Positions 17,782 to 26,949 of a stretch of 34,849 bases of DNA are shown piece after piece (position 1 is the first letter of the stretch; the number at the start of each line of letters is the position of its first letter). The DNA is from Steroidobacteraceae bacterium. GTDB taxonomy: Bacteria > Pseudomonadota > Gammaproteobacteria > Steroidobacterales > Steroidobacteraceae. The notes beneath the pieces were generated by a model, which did not search any database, was not told where the DNA came from, and saw only the letters and a program-made list of their open reading frames with translations. The stretch lies in NCBI GenBank assembly GCA_049793535.1, contig JBARBX010000783.1, positions 1 to 34,849 of the forward strand, read 5' to 3'. Both the position numbers and the translations under genes were made by a program.

Positions 17782-18747
17782 CTATACCTTGAGACGGGCG
17801 ACCTTGACTGAACTGATGATCATGTCGGCCGGGTAGTCGTGCTGAATGAGATCCGAACCGGCGGACAGCCGCTCCGGCGAAACGCCATCAATGGGCTGCA
17901 CATTCAATTCGTTGTACGGCCATTTCCCGCCGACCGCCAAATTGACGATCAGATACATGTTTTGCTGAAGAGAGGGCGGCGTTGGCTGTTGCCACAAAAT
18001 TCTTCCGTCGAGCAAACCGGTCATCGACTGCGGTGTCCAGTCCAGGCCATACTCGTGAAAGTCCGCGGAGGGATTGATGTTCAGATCCATCCATTGGCTG
18101 AAATGTCCGCCGGCTCCTTTGGGCACCATAGCGCCGAAATGTATCTGTTCCTGATGCTTACCCCAGGGCATGGCTTCGAAAATGTCGATCTCCGGCGGCC
18201 ACTGATGCGATTCGGGCAGCAGCCACAGGCCCGGCCACGAGCCGCGCGCCGATGGCAATTTGGCGGCCACGCGTATGCCCCCGAAAGTAAATGAGGCTCG
18301 CGACAGCAACATGCCGGAGCCGAAACGCCGGTATCCACCGACACGATAAGCCGACTGTTGTGCCGCGCTCAACAGCGATGCCTTGATGTGCAGGCCGTCG
18401 GGTTGAATTGAAAATGGGTCGTAACGCAAGTCCACCGGAACCGGGGTGCCCTTGATCCTATCGATGAGGGGGGTGACGTAGGTTTGGCACTCGGCATTGC
18501 CTCCGAGCCAGTTGGTGCCGTCTCCGTAGCTGTCCGGCCATTTAGTGCCCGGCCAGAAGGTGAAGGCCCATCGACTGGTATCGGGATAGAGTTTTTTGCC
18601 GCCGCCGGGCATTGTAATTTGTACACCGCGGAAATCATCTTCGATGATGTGGGTGTCACTCTGCGCGAGAGCTCTGTCGCCGCGGGCAGACAGCAGCAAG
18701 GCGCCCGCCCCCGTTGCCGTGTTAACGAGAAAATCACGCCGATTCAT
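17782..18747 (-). CDS. Tat-exported glycoside hydrolase family 16 (beta-glycanase, ExoK-like position in an EPS locus)
   Basis: Tat signal MNRRDFLVNTATGAGALLLSA. The GH16 catalytic motif E-I-D-I-F-E occurs in WPGLWLLPESHQWPPEIDIFEAM. Confidence 0.85.
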   Translation of the reverse strand: MNRRDFLVNTATGAGALLLSARGDRALAQSDTHIIEDDFRGVQITMPGGGKKLYPDTSRWAFTFWPGTKWPDSYGDGTNWLGGNAECQTYVTPLIDRIKGTPVPVDLRYDPFSIQPDGLHIKASLLSAAQQSAYRVGGYRRFGSGMLLSRASFTFGGIRVAAKLPSARGSWPGLWLLPESHQWPPEIDIFEAMPWGKHQEQIHFGAMVPKGAGGHFSQWMDLNINPSADFHEYGLDWTPQSMTGLLDGRILWQQPTPPSLQQNMYLIVNLAVGGKWPYNELNVQPIDGVSPERLSAGSDLIQHDYPADMIISSVKVARLKV

Positions 18748-18913
18748 GCGACCCGCCCCCTCTCATTGAAGCGCAAAAGCTCCTCATCATTTGGTCCTGA
18801 AAATCGCGCAAATGTTCCGTATAACTTGTACTGCCGAGCCTGGACTCGGCACCGTTGTTTGAGGGACACTGAATCATGCTGTTCGACGCGCAGATGCTGC
18901 TGAGAGGCGCCCG
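18748..18913. promoter_or_regulatory. Divergent intergenic region between the GH16/acylation operon (-) and the GT2-flippase operon (+); expected to hold both promoters
   Basis: This is the only non-coding gap flanking two divergently oriented, tightly packed operons. It is lower in GC than its surroundings and holds a small hairpin, GCCGAG-N6-CTCGGC (18833-18850). No -35/-10 pair could be assigned with confidence. Confidence 0.3.
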
Positions 18914-20704
18914 GTGATCACGCTGATCGTCCCCACCCGGAATCGGGCGCATACCTTGCGGCTGGTTGCGCCCAGCTACTTTGCGCAGGATGACGTCGAT
19001 GAACTGATCTTCGTCAGCGACGCCGGCGACGACGAAACGCCTGCCGTCCTCACGGAAATCGCTCGGCGGTTTCCGCAGAAGTCGCTGCGAATACTGTGCA
19101 ACGAAACACGGCTGGGCGCGTCTCAATCGCGCAATGTCGGCGTCGCCGCAAGCACGAATGACATCATTCTGTTTTGCGATGACGATGAATACCTCGAGGC
19201 TGGATACGCGCGCACCTTGTTGCTGAAGCTTCAGGCGCCGAACGTGGGCGCCGTCTCCGGGCGCCGCGTCTACATGCTGCCGGGTGAGACGGAATCTCAG
19301 GCACTGCACAGGTTCTGCACCGGTCTGCACGACGTCAAACCCTTCCGTGCCCTGATTTGTGAATACGTGAACGGTGCGCAATTCTCGGGCGACCTTTCGA
19401 TTCCGGTCACCAACGCGATAATTCTCACCAAGAAGAGCTTGCTGCTCAAATTCCCCTTCGACGCACACTATGCGAGAGGCAATGGATATCGCGAAGAGAC
19501 CGATTATCAAATGAACCTGTTCGTGAATGGATTCGATATCCGGGTCACGAACGACTGCCACAGCTTTCATCTGCCGATGTCGCAGGTGCGAACGGGCGGT
19601 CAGCGCACCAATACTCTCAGGCGCCTCTATTGGTCCATCCACTACACTCGCTATTTCTTTGGGAAGTACCACGAGCGCTACGCCCGGCGCCTCGGGCTAG
19701 GATGGCCGCGCTGGTTTTCGCTGCTGACATTTTCGATTTTTTCCGCCTACCGCGAGACATTGCGCCCGCTGTTGCATGCCGCCGGGATGGCCGTTCTGGC
19801 ACGCCGCAGGCGGTTGTCGGACTTCTGCCCGCGGGCGAATACAGGCGTCGACCGCAACGACGCCGACCGAAGCGTGCTGACCTTCGTCATTCCCGTGCGC
19901 CATCCGCAGAATTCACAGGACTGGCCGGCGCTCAAGCGCAGACTCGCGGACACCCTGCGCTCGATTGCGGGCCAGGACGACGTTCGCTGGCGTGCCATCA
20001 TTGTTGCCAATGAAGGCTCGGATTTGCCGCCGTTGCCGGACAACTTTGCGGTCAAGCGGGTCAACTTCCCCCCAAACCCAATGTTCGAGCGGGGGGATTG
20101 CGACCTCGAGGCGTTCCGCGACGCCGTCCGTCTCGACAAAGGGCGGCGAGTGCTCGCCGGCATTCTGGAAGCCGATCGATCCGGCTACGTGATGGTCGTG
20201 GATGACGACGATTTCGTGAGCTGCCGACTGACGGGTTTCGTGGCCGGCCACCTCGGCGAGAACGGCTGGTACGTGAGGAACGGCTACATTTGGGGCGACG
20301 GAGGCAGGTTAATTTACGAGTACGCCGATTTTTCCCGATTCTGCGGGACCTCGCACATCATCCGGGCGGCGCTATTCGAATTGCCCGCAAGCGTCGAAGC
20401 AGCCGATCCGGACTACATTCGCAAGATATTCGGCAGCCATATATTCATACGCGAATATCTGGAGGGGCGCGGTGAGCCTCTTCAGCCGCTGCCCTTTGTG
20501 GGCGCCATCTATCGCGTTGGCCATGCGGGCGCCCACAGCAAGTCTGCGGGGCTGATCAAACAGGTTTTTTTCAACCGTGAGCTCCTTAGGAACCCGCTCA
20601 AGATCGCGGCAAAGTTCGCACGCATACGGCTGTTGGGCGCCGATATCCGGCGCCATTTCTGGGGAATCCGTGCGGCCGATCGCGCTACCCATGTCCACGG
20701 TTAG
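18914..20704 (+). CDS. Two-domain glycosyltransferase (two GT-A/GT2-like modules joined by a hydrophobic segment)
   Basis: GTG start with GAGAGG 8 nt upstream. Module 1: ITLIVPTRNRAHTL...ILFCDDDEY. Hydrophobic linker: WPRWFSLLTFSIFSAY. Module 2: LTFVIPVRHPQNSQDW...AIIVANEGSD...VMVVDDDDFV. Confidence 0.8.
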   Translation: MITLIVPTRNRAHTLRLVAPSYFAQDDVDELIFVSDAGDDETPAVLTEIARRFPQKSLRILCNETRLGASQSRNVGVAASTNDIILFCDDDEYLEAGYARTLLLKLQAPNVGAVSGRRVYMLPGETESQALHRFCTGLHDVKPFRALICEYVNGAQFSGDLSIPVTNAIILTKKSLLLKFPFDAHYARGNGYREETDYQMNLFVNGFDIRVTNDCHSFHLPMSQVRTGGQRTNTLRRLYWSIHYTRYFFGKYHERYARRLGLGWPRWFSLLTFSIFSAYRETLRPLLHAAGMAVLARRRRLSDFCPRANTGVDRNDADRSVLTFVIPVRHPQNSQDWPALKRRLADTLRSIAGQDDVRWRAIIVANEGSDLPPLPDNFAVKRVNFPPNPMFERGDCDLEAFRDAVRLDKGRRVLAGILEADRSGYVMVVDDDDFVSCRLTGFVAGHLGENGWYVRNGYIWGDGGRLIYEYADFSRFCGTSHIIRAALFELPASVEAADPDYIRKIFGSHIFIREYLEGRGEPLQPLPFVGAIYRVGHAGAHSKSAGLIKQVFFNRELLRNPLKIAAKFARIRLLGADIRRHFWGIRAADRATHVHG

Positions 20705-22166
20705 CCGCAGCACGACTGCAAAATCCCTGGTCTGGAGCACGGTCGAGAACGGCGGTCTGGCGATCATTTCCTTTGCCTCGCTCATCATCTACATGCGGCT
20801 GCTGTCGGCCGCGGATTATGGCCTGTTTTCGGCGGCACTGGCCCTCATCGAGTTGTTGGGCGTGTTGGTTACCATGCTGTTTCACAACGCGCTGGTGCAG
20901 CGGCCGGAAGTGACGGAGCTGCACTTCAACACGGCCTTTACGGCCACGATGGCCGTGAGTTTTCTCATGGTGCTCGGTTGCTGGGCGATCGGACCGCTAT
21001 TTGCGACATCGGTCCATCAGCCCGCCGCAGGCAGTGTTCTTATTTGGATGAGCCTGGTGTTCCCCTGCTCCGCCGTGAGCGCAACGCTGGTCGCCCGCCA
21101 ACGGCGGCAGTTTGACTTTCGCGCACTGGCACTGCGTTCTCTGGTAGGCCGCACAATAGGCGGGGGCATCGGCATCGCGGCCGCATTCATGGGGGCCGGA
21201 CTGTGGAGCCTGGTTCTTCAGCAAATACTGATTGCCGCCATCGGCTCGTTGGTGCTGTGGGTGACCTCCGACGCCACCCCCCGTCTTCGATTTCGCTACG
21301 GCGAATTCAGGCAGATGATAGGTTTTGGCGCGCTCTCCGTGAGCGGACTGCTGCTGTCGGCCTCGATCAGAAGGGTGTTTACACTGCTGGCGTCCTGGTT
21401 TCTCGGCGTCGAGGCCGCGGGCTACCTCAATTTGAGCTTTCGCGTCGTCGATGTGTTCTGGGCGATTGCCGCCACGGCCGTAGCGCAGGTGGCTCTTCCG
21501 TTGTTGGCGGGGCTGCAATTCGACCCGGATCGGCTCAAGCGAGCCTACCAATCGTCCACACAACTCTCCTGCCTCGCTCTTTACCCCTGCTTCGTCGGAC
21601 TGGGCGCAGTGGCGCCGGATATCGTCGAGGTTCTGTTCGGCCATCGATGGCAGCCCAGTTCGCCCTACGTCACAGTGCTCGGTTTTCTCGTCCTGCTGCA
21701 GGTGCCGCGTCTGGTGTTTACGCCGCTGCTGACGGCGCTGGGCAAGCCGCGAGATGCGCTCATAGGGTTGCTCGCTGAACTGTTATTCCTGCTGGGCATT
21801 GCCTGGTCGTTCGGGATGCCCTCGATGCCGTGGGCAATCGCCTCATGGGTCGCGAGCGAGTGCGTATTGCTCCTGGTTTCGAGTTCGGTGCTGAGGCGCG
21901 CGACCGGCTACAGTCTTTTCGAGCAGTTTGGCGGAGTTCTGAAGCCGCTACTCGCCTGCTTGCTGATGGCCGCCGCGGTCATCGAAGCTCGCCCGGAATT
22001 ATCCGCCGATTTGGGGCCGGCCTTACGGTTGACCTTGCTGGTGCCGCTGGGTGCGATGATCTACGTTGTTTCGATATTCCTCCTGGATCGACGCTTGGTG
22101 AAAAACTTCCTGGAGTTCGCGCGAACCGCCTTCGAAAGCAAACGCAAGCGGCCCGAGCTGCCTTAA
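20691..22166 (+). CDS. Wzx-type polysaccharide flippase (MOP/PST family)
   Basis: Track ORF 20577..22166, trimmed to the ATG at 20691 (MSTVSRSTTAKSLVWSTVENGGLAIISF...), the typical PST N-terminus. It has about 12-14 TM helices and overlaps the preceding stop by 14 nt. Confidence 0.8.
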   Translation: MSTVSRSTTAKSLVWSTVENGGLAIISFASLIIYMRLLSAADYGLFSAALALIELLGVLVTMLFHNALVQRPEVTELHFNTAFTATMAVSFLMVLGCWAIGPLFATSVHQPAAGSVLIWMSLVFPCSAVSATLVARQRRQFDFRALALRSLVGRTIGGGIGIAAAFMGAGLWSLVLQQILIAAIGSLVLWVTSDATPRLRFRYGEFRQMIGFGALSVSGLLLSASIRRVFTLLASWFLGVEAAGYLNLSFRVVDVFWAIAATAVAQVALPLLAGLQFDPDRLKRAYQSSTQLSCLALYPCFVGLGAVAPDIVEVLFGHRWQPSSPYVTVLGFLVLLQVPRLVFTPLLTALGKPRDALIGLLAELLFLLGIAWSFGMPSMPWAIASWVASECVLLLVSSSVLRRATGYSLFEQFGGVLKPLLACLLMAAAVIEARPELSADLGPALRLTLLVPLGAMIYVVSIFLLDRRLVKNFLEFARTAFESKRKRPELP

Positions 22167-23212
22167 GCGAACGCCCGACGTCTGAGGTCGCTTTTGACTC
22201 CTTCCAGGCGGCCCAGAGTATCGTCCAGCGAGCGCGCGTGAGCGTGATCCGAACTCAGAAAGCCCTTGCTGTACCTCAGCTTGTCCAGATGCGCCGCGGC
22301 GACGGCGCTCATTTGCCGGCTTGACCCCAAGCCGGTTGCCGCCAGCCGTTTCAAGATGGCTTCAAGTCCCATGCTGGCGTTCCAGCGCCATCGTTGATCG
22401 ATACGGCGGCCGACTTCCTCAAAGCCGGACATCAGCAGATCCACATCGTCGAAATGCATTCGAATGCCCTGCGCCACCAGACCGGGCGAAGGGTAGCCAG
22501 GCGCATTGGAGTGTACGGTCCACTTGAGCAGCGTGTTGCGTAGGTACTCGATTCCACTGCTGGCGGGCAGGCAAATGGGACTGTACGAAACGTTCAGCGA
22601 CGATGCCCAGTCGACCCATTTGAAGGGCGATACCTCCCGGGAAAGAGCGACGGGAATCCAGGGCACCCGGAATGCGTCCGCGACGATGGCCGCATGCATG
22701 GATTCCGCAATGACCTTCTCAGCGGCGGCAATCCGTCTGACCACCGACCTCGAATCGCCGCACGGATGAACGAACTCGATTCCGAGGCTTTCGCAAATCG
22801 TCTCCCAATTGCCGTAGCGGACGCTCTTCCAATGAGGAATGAAAATGGTGCCTCGCCGGTTAAGTCCGCTGAACTCTGGCAGCGTGGCCAGCAGAATGGC
22901 CGGGTCCGTCATGGCGAAGCGCTCGTCGAGATGCAATGCGTGAGCGGTCAGGGGCCCACGCACGCCATAGATTCGCCAGCGAACAGAGTCGGTCGTTATG
23001 TCGCGAGGAACGGACGTATAACCGACTCCGGTGCCGAAAACGATCGTCACCCGGGCCGGAGGTAGATTCCTGTCGAGAATCGTGCCAATGCCGACGAACA
23101 GGACATCGTCCTTCGCATCGCCGCACACGTCGCCGAGCAGTTCGGGCCATAGCCATCGATTCAGCTCGTCGCCGAAATTTCCGCCGACCTGCTTGAGAAG
23201 ATGAATCTTCAC
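22163..23212 (-). CDS. Polysaccharide pyruvyl transferase (ExoV/CsaB-like)
   Basis: Track ORF 22163..23587, trimmed to the GTG at 23212, which overlaps the upstream TGA (GTGA). This gives an N-terminus VKIHLLKQVGGNFGDELNRWLWPELL, matching the GN(F/x)GDxLN motif of PS_pyruv_trans and ExoV proteins. Confidence 0.75.
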   Translation of the reverse strand: MKIHLLKQVGGNFGDELNRWLWPELLGDVCGDAKDDVLFVGIGTILDRNLPPARVTIVFGTGVGYTSVPRDITTDSVRWRIYGVRGPLTAHALHLDERFAMTDPAILLATLPEFSGLNRRGTIFIPHWKSVRYGNWETICESLGIEFVHPCGDSRSVVRRIAAAEKVIAESMHAAIVADAFRVPWIPVALSREVSPFKWVDWASSLNVSYSPICLPASSGIEYLRNTLLKWTVHSNAPGYPSPGLVAQGIRMHFDDVDLLMSGFEEVGRRIDQRWRWNASMGLEAILKRLAATGLGSSRQMSAVAAAHLDKLRYSKGFLSSDHAHARSLDDTLGRLEGVKSDLRRRAFA

Positions 23213-24510
23213 GGCCTGATCATATAGGTCACACTCGCCATCGCGAGCGTATCGTTGAACTGAAACCGGGCTTGATTGGACTCGCGCTGTTCGTACGTGA
23301 CCGAGAGTTTGAAGGTAAGTGAAGACGTCGGGGTGTAGGCGACGCGCGCCTGCTCCGTCGTCAACCGGTCGTGGCGCGAGAAGTACGTGAGCGCGCTCGG
23401 GCTGGAACTGATGTAGTCGTGATTCTCCCGTGAAACGCCCGCGGAAAGAGTCAAGGTGTCCGCGGCAATCCACACCGGCGCGATCGCGACCCCATTCGAG
23501 ACGAAATAATCCGACTCCGCCTCCACGTATGCCGTGAGCTGGCGCCAACCTGTCAATACCCATTGCAAATTGTCGGTCGGCTGCCACTGCAGCGCCGCCT
23601 TCCAGATGTCTCCCGAGAAGGTCGCGAATCTCGACTCCGGATAGTCGCGCTTCAAATAGCCGGCGCTGGCGTCGAGCTCCGTCGCGGCGCTAAAGACATA
23701 TTTGACCAGGATGCGCTCCGTATCCTCTCGGTAGTCCGAATTGAAGGGCGTTCCGTTCAATACGAAGTTCTGCGGGAAGGTTGCATCCGTGTAGCGATAG
23801 TCGAACGTCACCGTGTTCTGGGACGCGGCCGCAAGCTCGATTCCGGCGTTTCCGGCCTTGCTGTGAAAGTCGTACAATTGCTCGGGGACCGCGGTCTGCG
23901 ACGTATCCGCGCCGATCACTCCGCCGTAAATCGCCCAATGCGGTCCGACCTGGTAACGAATATTGCCGAAGTAATCTTCCCTTTCGACCACATCGCGTGC
24001 GTAGTAGCCCGTATCGGCGAAATTGGCGAGCCCCCGGAAATAGCTCACACCCACCTGCCCCGACCAAAAGGATGCCAGCCGCCAATCCCACTCGAGGTTG
24101 CCCTTACCCGAGACGTTGTCCAACGAGTCGTTATGGACGAAGCGATTGTCGTCGGCGCGGAAATCGATGCCAAACGTCTGGCTGTCCGAAAACCAACGGC
24201 CATCGCCGCCCAAGGTGGTGGAATTGAAGCCATCCTGGCGTCTCGCCATGGGCCCGGCCACGGTCGTGACGTCGAAGTAGGACGGCAGCCTGTAAAGGTT
24301 GTCGTCGTAGTTGAATTGGTCGGCAATGAACAAGTCGAGATTGTTCGGGGAATCTCTGGTAATCGGCGAATCCGTGGTAAGAGTCGGATTCGCGGGCACC
24401 GGGGGATTCGGGGCAAGCGGCGGATTTGTCAGAAGAGGCGGATCGCCGAATGCCGACGATCCCATTCCCATCGACAGGCCAACCGCCAGTACGTGCAGGC
24501 ATTTACGCAT
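23209..24510 (-). CDS. Outer-membrane beta-barrel protein of the EPS locus (EpsL-like, inferred)
   Basis: Track ORF 23209..24636, trimmed to the ATG at 24510 (signal peptide MRKCLHVLAVGLSMGMGSSAFG). A Pro/Asn-rich linker is followed by about 400 aa of alternating hydrophobic/polar strands rich in Tyr, Gly, Asp and Asn, typical of OM barrels. The family assignment is inferred. Confidence 0.6.
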   Translation of the reverse strand: MRKCLHVLAVGLSMGMGSSAFGDPPLLTNPPLAPNPPVPANPTLTTDSPITRDSPNNLDLFIADQFNYDDNLYRLPSYFDVTTVAGPMARRQDGFNSTTLGGDGRWFSDSQTFGIDFRADDNRFVHNDSLDNVSGKGNLEWDWRLASFWSGQVGVSYFRGLANFADTGYYARDVVEREDYFGNIRYQVGPHWAIYGGVIGADTSQTAVPEQLYDFHSKAGNAGIELAAASQNTVTFDYRYTDATFPQNFVLNGTPFNSDYREDTERILVKYVFSAATELDASAGYLKRDYPESRFATFSGDIWKAALQWQPTDNLQWVLTGWRQLTAYVEAESDYFVSNGVAIAPVWIAADTLTLSAGVSRENHDYISSSPSALTYFSRHDRLTTEQARVAYTPTSSLTFKLSVTYEQRESNQARFQFNDTLAMASVTYMIRP

Positions 24511-25795
24511 GTGCACTCCGACGCTTGGCCGCCGCGACATCGATGTCGAGCAGGCCCGTGCCCGGCGTTGTGGGAAGCATCCGTACGGCGGCCCACTGCC
24601 GACGTACATCGAATATCGCCTGCCGAAGCCGTTCACCCCTGACGCTCCATCGGAATTGCGTACTGCCGAGCGAGAAGGCGCGCTCTTGCATCCGATTCAA
24701 CTCGTCGAATCGATCGATGTGGGAAACTATGTCATCGATCAATCCCGCCTGGCTGCTGTTGGTCAGCATCGCACTCTGAAGTTCATCCGACAGACCCGCG
24801 ACGGCCTGCGATACCGTCGCGATGGGCACGCGCCCGAAGATGTAGTCCAGCAATTTGAGTTTGAATCCGCCTCCAATGGATTCGTGAACGATCGCAATGC
24901 GCGCACGGCTGAGCAGAGGCGCACAATCGGCCACGAAGCCGTGAAAACGCGTGGCCCGGCAACGCGTCCGCAGCGTGGCGAGGAGCGCCTGCGGCATTTC
25001 CCCGACAATGTCCAATTCGATTCCGTGCTCCTGGAAAATCGGATCGGCGACCCTTACGAAGCGGGCGATATTTTCCTGCTTCACGATCCATTGGAACGAG
25101 CCCATGATGACCACGCGCCGAGGCATTGCCGGCGTGATGCACCGTGGGCCTGCCACCGGCCCGGTGTACCCGGGCGTGAGCGACAATATATGGTCGTGCG
25201 TCATACCCGCGCCCAGCGACCGGCGGTCTTCATCGGTGATTGCGGTCAGTAAATCCACATTTCGAACCATCCGCCGCTCCAGCGTGCGCACCTTGTTTGC
25301 GTTGCGCCGGAGCAGCCATCTCTTGAGGACCGCTGCGCGCGATTCGCGGGCCATCGAGTCCCACAGGAGTTCCTCATGATTGTGCGCTACATGCACGAGA
25401 ACCGTCGGATGGGCCGGCCTTTCACTCCGATACGCCAGGCATCGGTCAAGTGCCCAGCCTGTTGCATAACCGTCGAGCACCACTGCATCCCACTGCTCGC
25501 ACAATTGCGTCTCGAGGACTGCGCGGTAGGTATTGGTCGCATCGATGGCGGCCGCGATCGGCCAGCGGCTGAATGCGGCGCGAATCTTGCTGCGCCGTCT
25601 GCCGGGTACCGCCAGCCAGTCGACGCCGGCGGCCGATTCCGGCACGCTGCTTGCGTCTCCGACGCCGACGAAACGCACGAATGTTCCCGCCTGAGCCAGA
25701 GATTGCGCAAGATTGGCCGAATACACTTTCGCACCCTCGTTTGACGGAAATGGCACGTAGCGGGAGATCCAAAGGCATCGCATCCGATTGCTCAT
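24503..25795 (-). CDS. GT-B fold glycosyltransferase (GT4-like)
   Basis: Track ORF 24503..26257, trimmed to the ATG at 25795 (MSNRMRCLWISRYVPFPSNEGAKVYS...). This ATG shares 1 nt with the upstream TGA (TGATG). The C-terminal region has HESIGGGFKLKLLDY, an E-x7-E-like motif. Confidence 0.8.
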   Translation of the reverse strand: MSNRMRCLWISRYVPFPSNEGAKVYSANLAQSLAQAGTFVRFVGVGDASSVPESAAGVDWLAVPGRRRSKIRAAFSRWPIAAAIDATNTYRAVLETQLCEQWDAVVLDGYATGWALDRCLAYRSERPAHPTVLVHVAHNHEELLWDSMARESRAAVLKRWLLRRNANKVRTLERRMVRNVDLLTAITDEDRRSLGAGMTHDHILSLTPGYTGPVAGPRCITPAMPRRVVIMGSFQWIVKQENIARFVRVADPIFQEHGIELDIVGEMPQALLATLRTRCRATRFHGFVADCAPLLSRARIAIVHESIGGGFKLKLLDYIFGRVPIATVSQAVAGLSDELQSAMLTNSSQAGLIDDIVSHIDRFDELNRMQERAFSLGSTQFRWSVRGERLRQAIFDVRRQWAAVRMLPTTPGTGLLDIDVAAAKRRSAHA

Positions 25796-26949
25796 CAGGG
25801 TGATCTCCGAATAGATGCGGCAGGACTCCATGTCTGGTAGCGGTCTCCGCGCAACGACCGCCATACACCCAGTCCGGTGCCTGCCAATGCGGCAATGGTC
25901 CCTGCGAATTGTGCGAAAGGCCGGATCGTCGACACGCAGCCCAGATACAGCGCCGCCGCAATGCAAAGGGCGAGCGCAGCGGCGAGCGGCGCATGCCCCG
26001 CGACGATCAGTGCGCCCTGGAACGCCAGGGCGGCGATCGCCAGCAGGTAAATCGTGAACCAGCGAATCAATTTGTGCGAAATATATTTGTAGAGCGTGAT
26101 TCCATCGAGCCTGCGGAGCTGCGGCCAAAGCAGCCGGTGCACGTTGAACGCCTGGCAGGCTATGCGTATTTTGCGCCTGAACTCTTCGCGTCCCGACACC
26201 ACTGATTCTTCGTAGGCCAGCGCGTCGCTGGCCTGTATGACCCGGAAACCGCTGCACATTATCTTCAGCGACACATACAAGTCGTCGATGATGTGGTCCG
26301 GCGGCGGCTGGTGCAGCGCGCGCCTGATCGCGAACACCGACCCGTCCGCCCCGATGGTGGAACCGCTTTCCATCTCGAGCTTCTTGATCGTCTCTTCAAA
26401 CCGCCAGTAGGCCGACCCGGATGACGCGGTCGCCGATGCCCTGCCGTTCGTATAGACCAGACTGCCGCAGACACAGCCGACATCCGGGTCGATAAAGTAC
26501 CGGCGAAAATCCCGCACGCAATCCATATCCATCAAGACATTGGCGTCGCTGAAGATCAATATCAGCGCCTGCGCCTTGGCCGCCAAAACATTCATGCCGT
26601 AAGTCTTTCCAAGGCGACGCGTCTCGACGTACAGGCTGATTTGCGCTCCGTACTCCCGCAGGATGTCGGCGGTGCGGTCGGTCGCTCCGTCTACATAGAC
26701 GAGTATCTCGAGACCCGGCTCGCGCGCGCGCAGCGCCAAGAGATTTTCGACCTTGCGCGCGATGGCGCGTTCTTCGTTGTACGCGCACACGCAAATTGCG
26801 CAATTCAATGGAGCGCTAGCCCCCTCCCCGGTGCGGCGCCTGACGGGGTGCAGCACCTGGAGGACGATAAGCGACCACGGATAGGTGATGAACGGGTGGC
26901 AAGCCGCGAGCACGCACAGAATTCCCAGGACAAACAGCGCGGTGCTCAT
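25795..26949 (-). CDS. Membrane-associated GT2 family glycosyltransferase
   Basis: Track ORF 25795..27183, trimmed to the ATG at 26949 (ATGA overlap with the upstream stop). An N-terminal TM helix is followed by ICVCAYNEERAI...VYVDGATDRT...IFSDANV (DxD-like), then C-terminal TM helices. Confidence 0.85.
   Translation of the reverse strand: MSTALFVLGILCVLAACHPFITYPWSLIVLQVLHPVRRRTGEGASAPLNCAICVCAYNEERAIARKVENLLALRAREPGLEILVYVDGATDRTADILREYGAQISLYVETRRLGKTYGMNVLAAKAQALILIFSDANVLMDMDCVRDFRRYFIDPDVGCVCGSLVYTNGRASATASSGSAYWRFEETIKKLEMESGSTIGADGSVFAIRRALHQPPPDHIIDDLYVSLKIMCSGFRVIQASDALAYEESVVSGREEFRRKIRIACQAFNVHRLLWPQLRRLDGITLYKYISHKLIRWFTIYLLAIAALAFQGALIVAGHAPLAAALALCIAAALYLGCVSTIRPFAQFAGTIAALAGTGLGVWRSLRGDRYQTWSPAASIRRSP

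Noticed and set aside
18876-18917. A 13-codon upstream ORF (MLFDAQMLLRGAR) whose TGA overlaps the GTG start of the two-domain GT2 gene (GTGA).
   Set aside because: It is very short and has no SD of its own, while the GT2 start has an independent GAGAGG SD inside it. It could be chance in a 166-bp leader. It is only worth testing if ribosome profiling shows occupancy.
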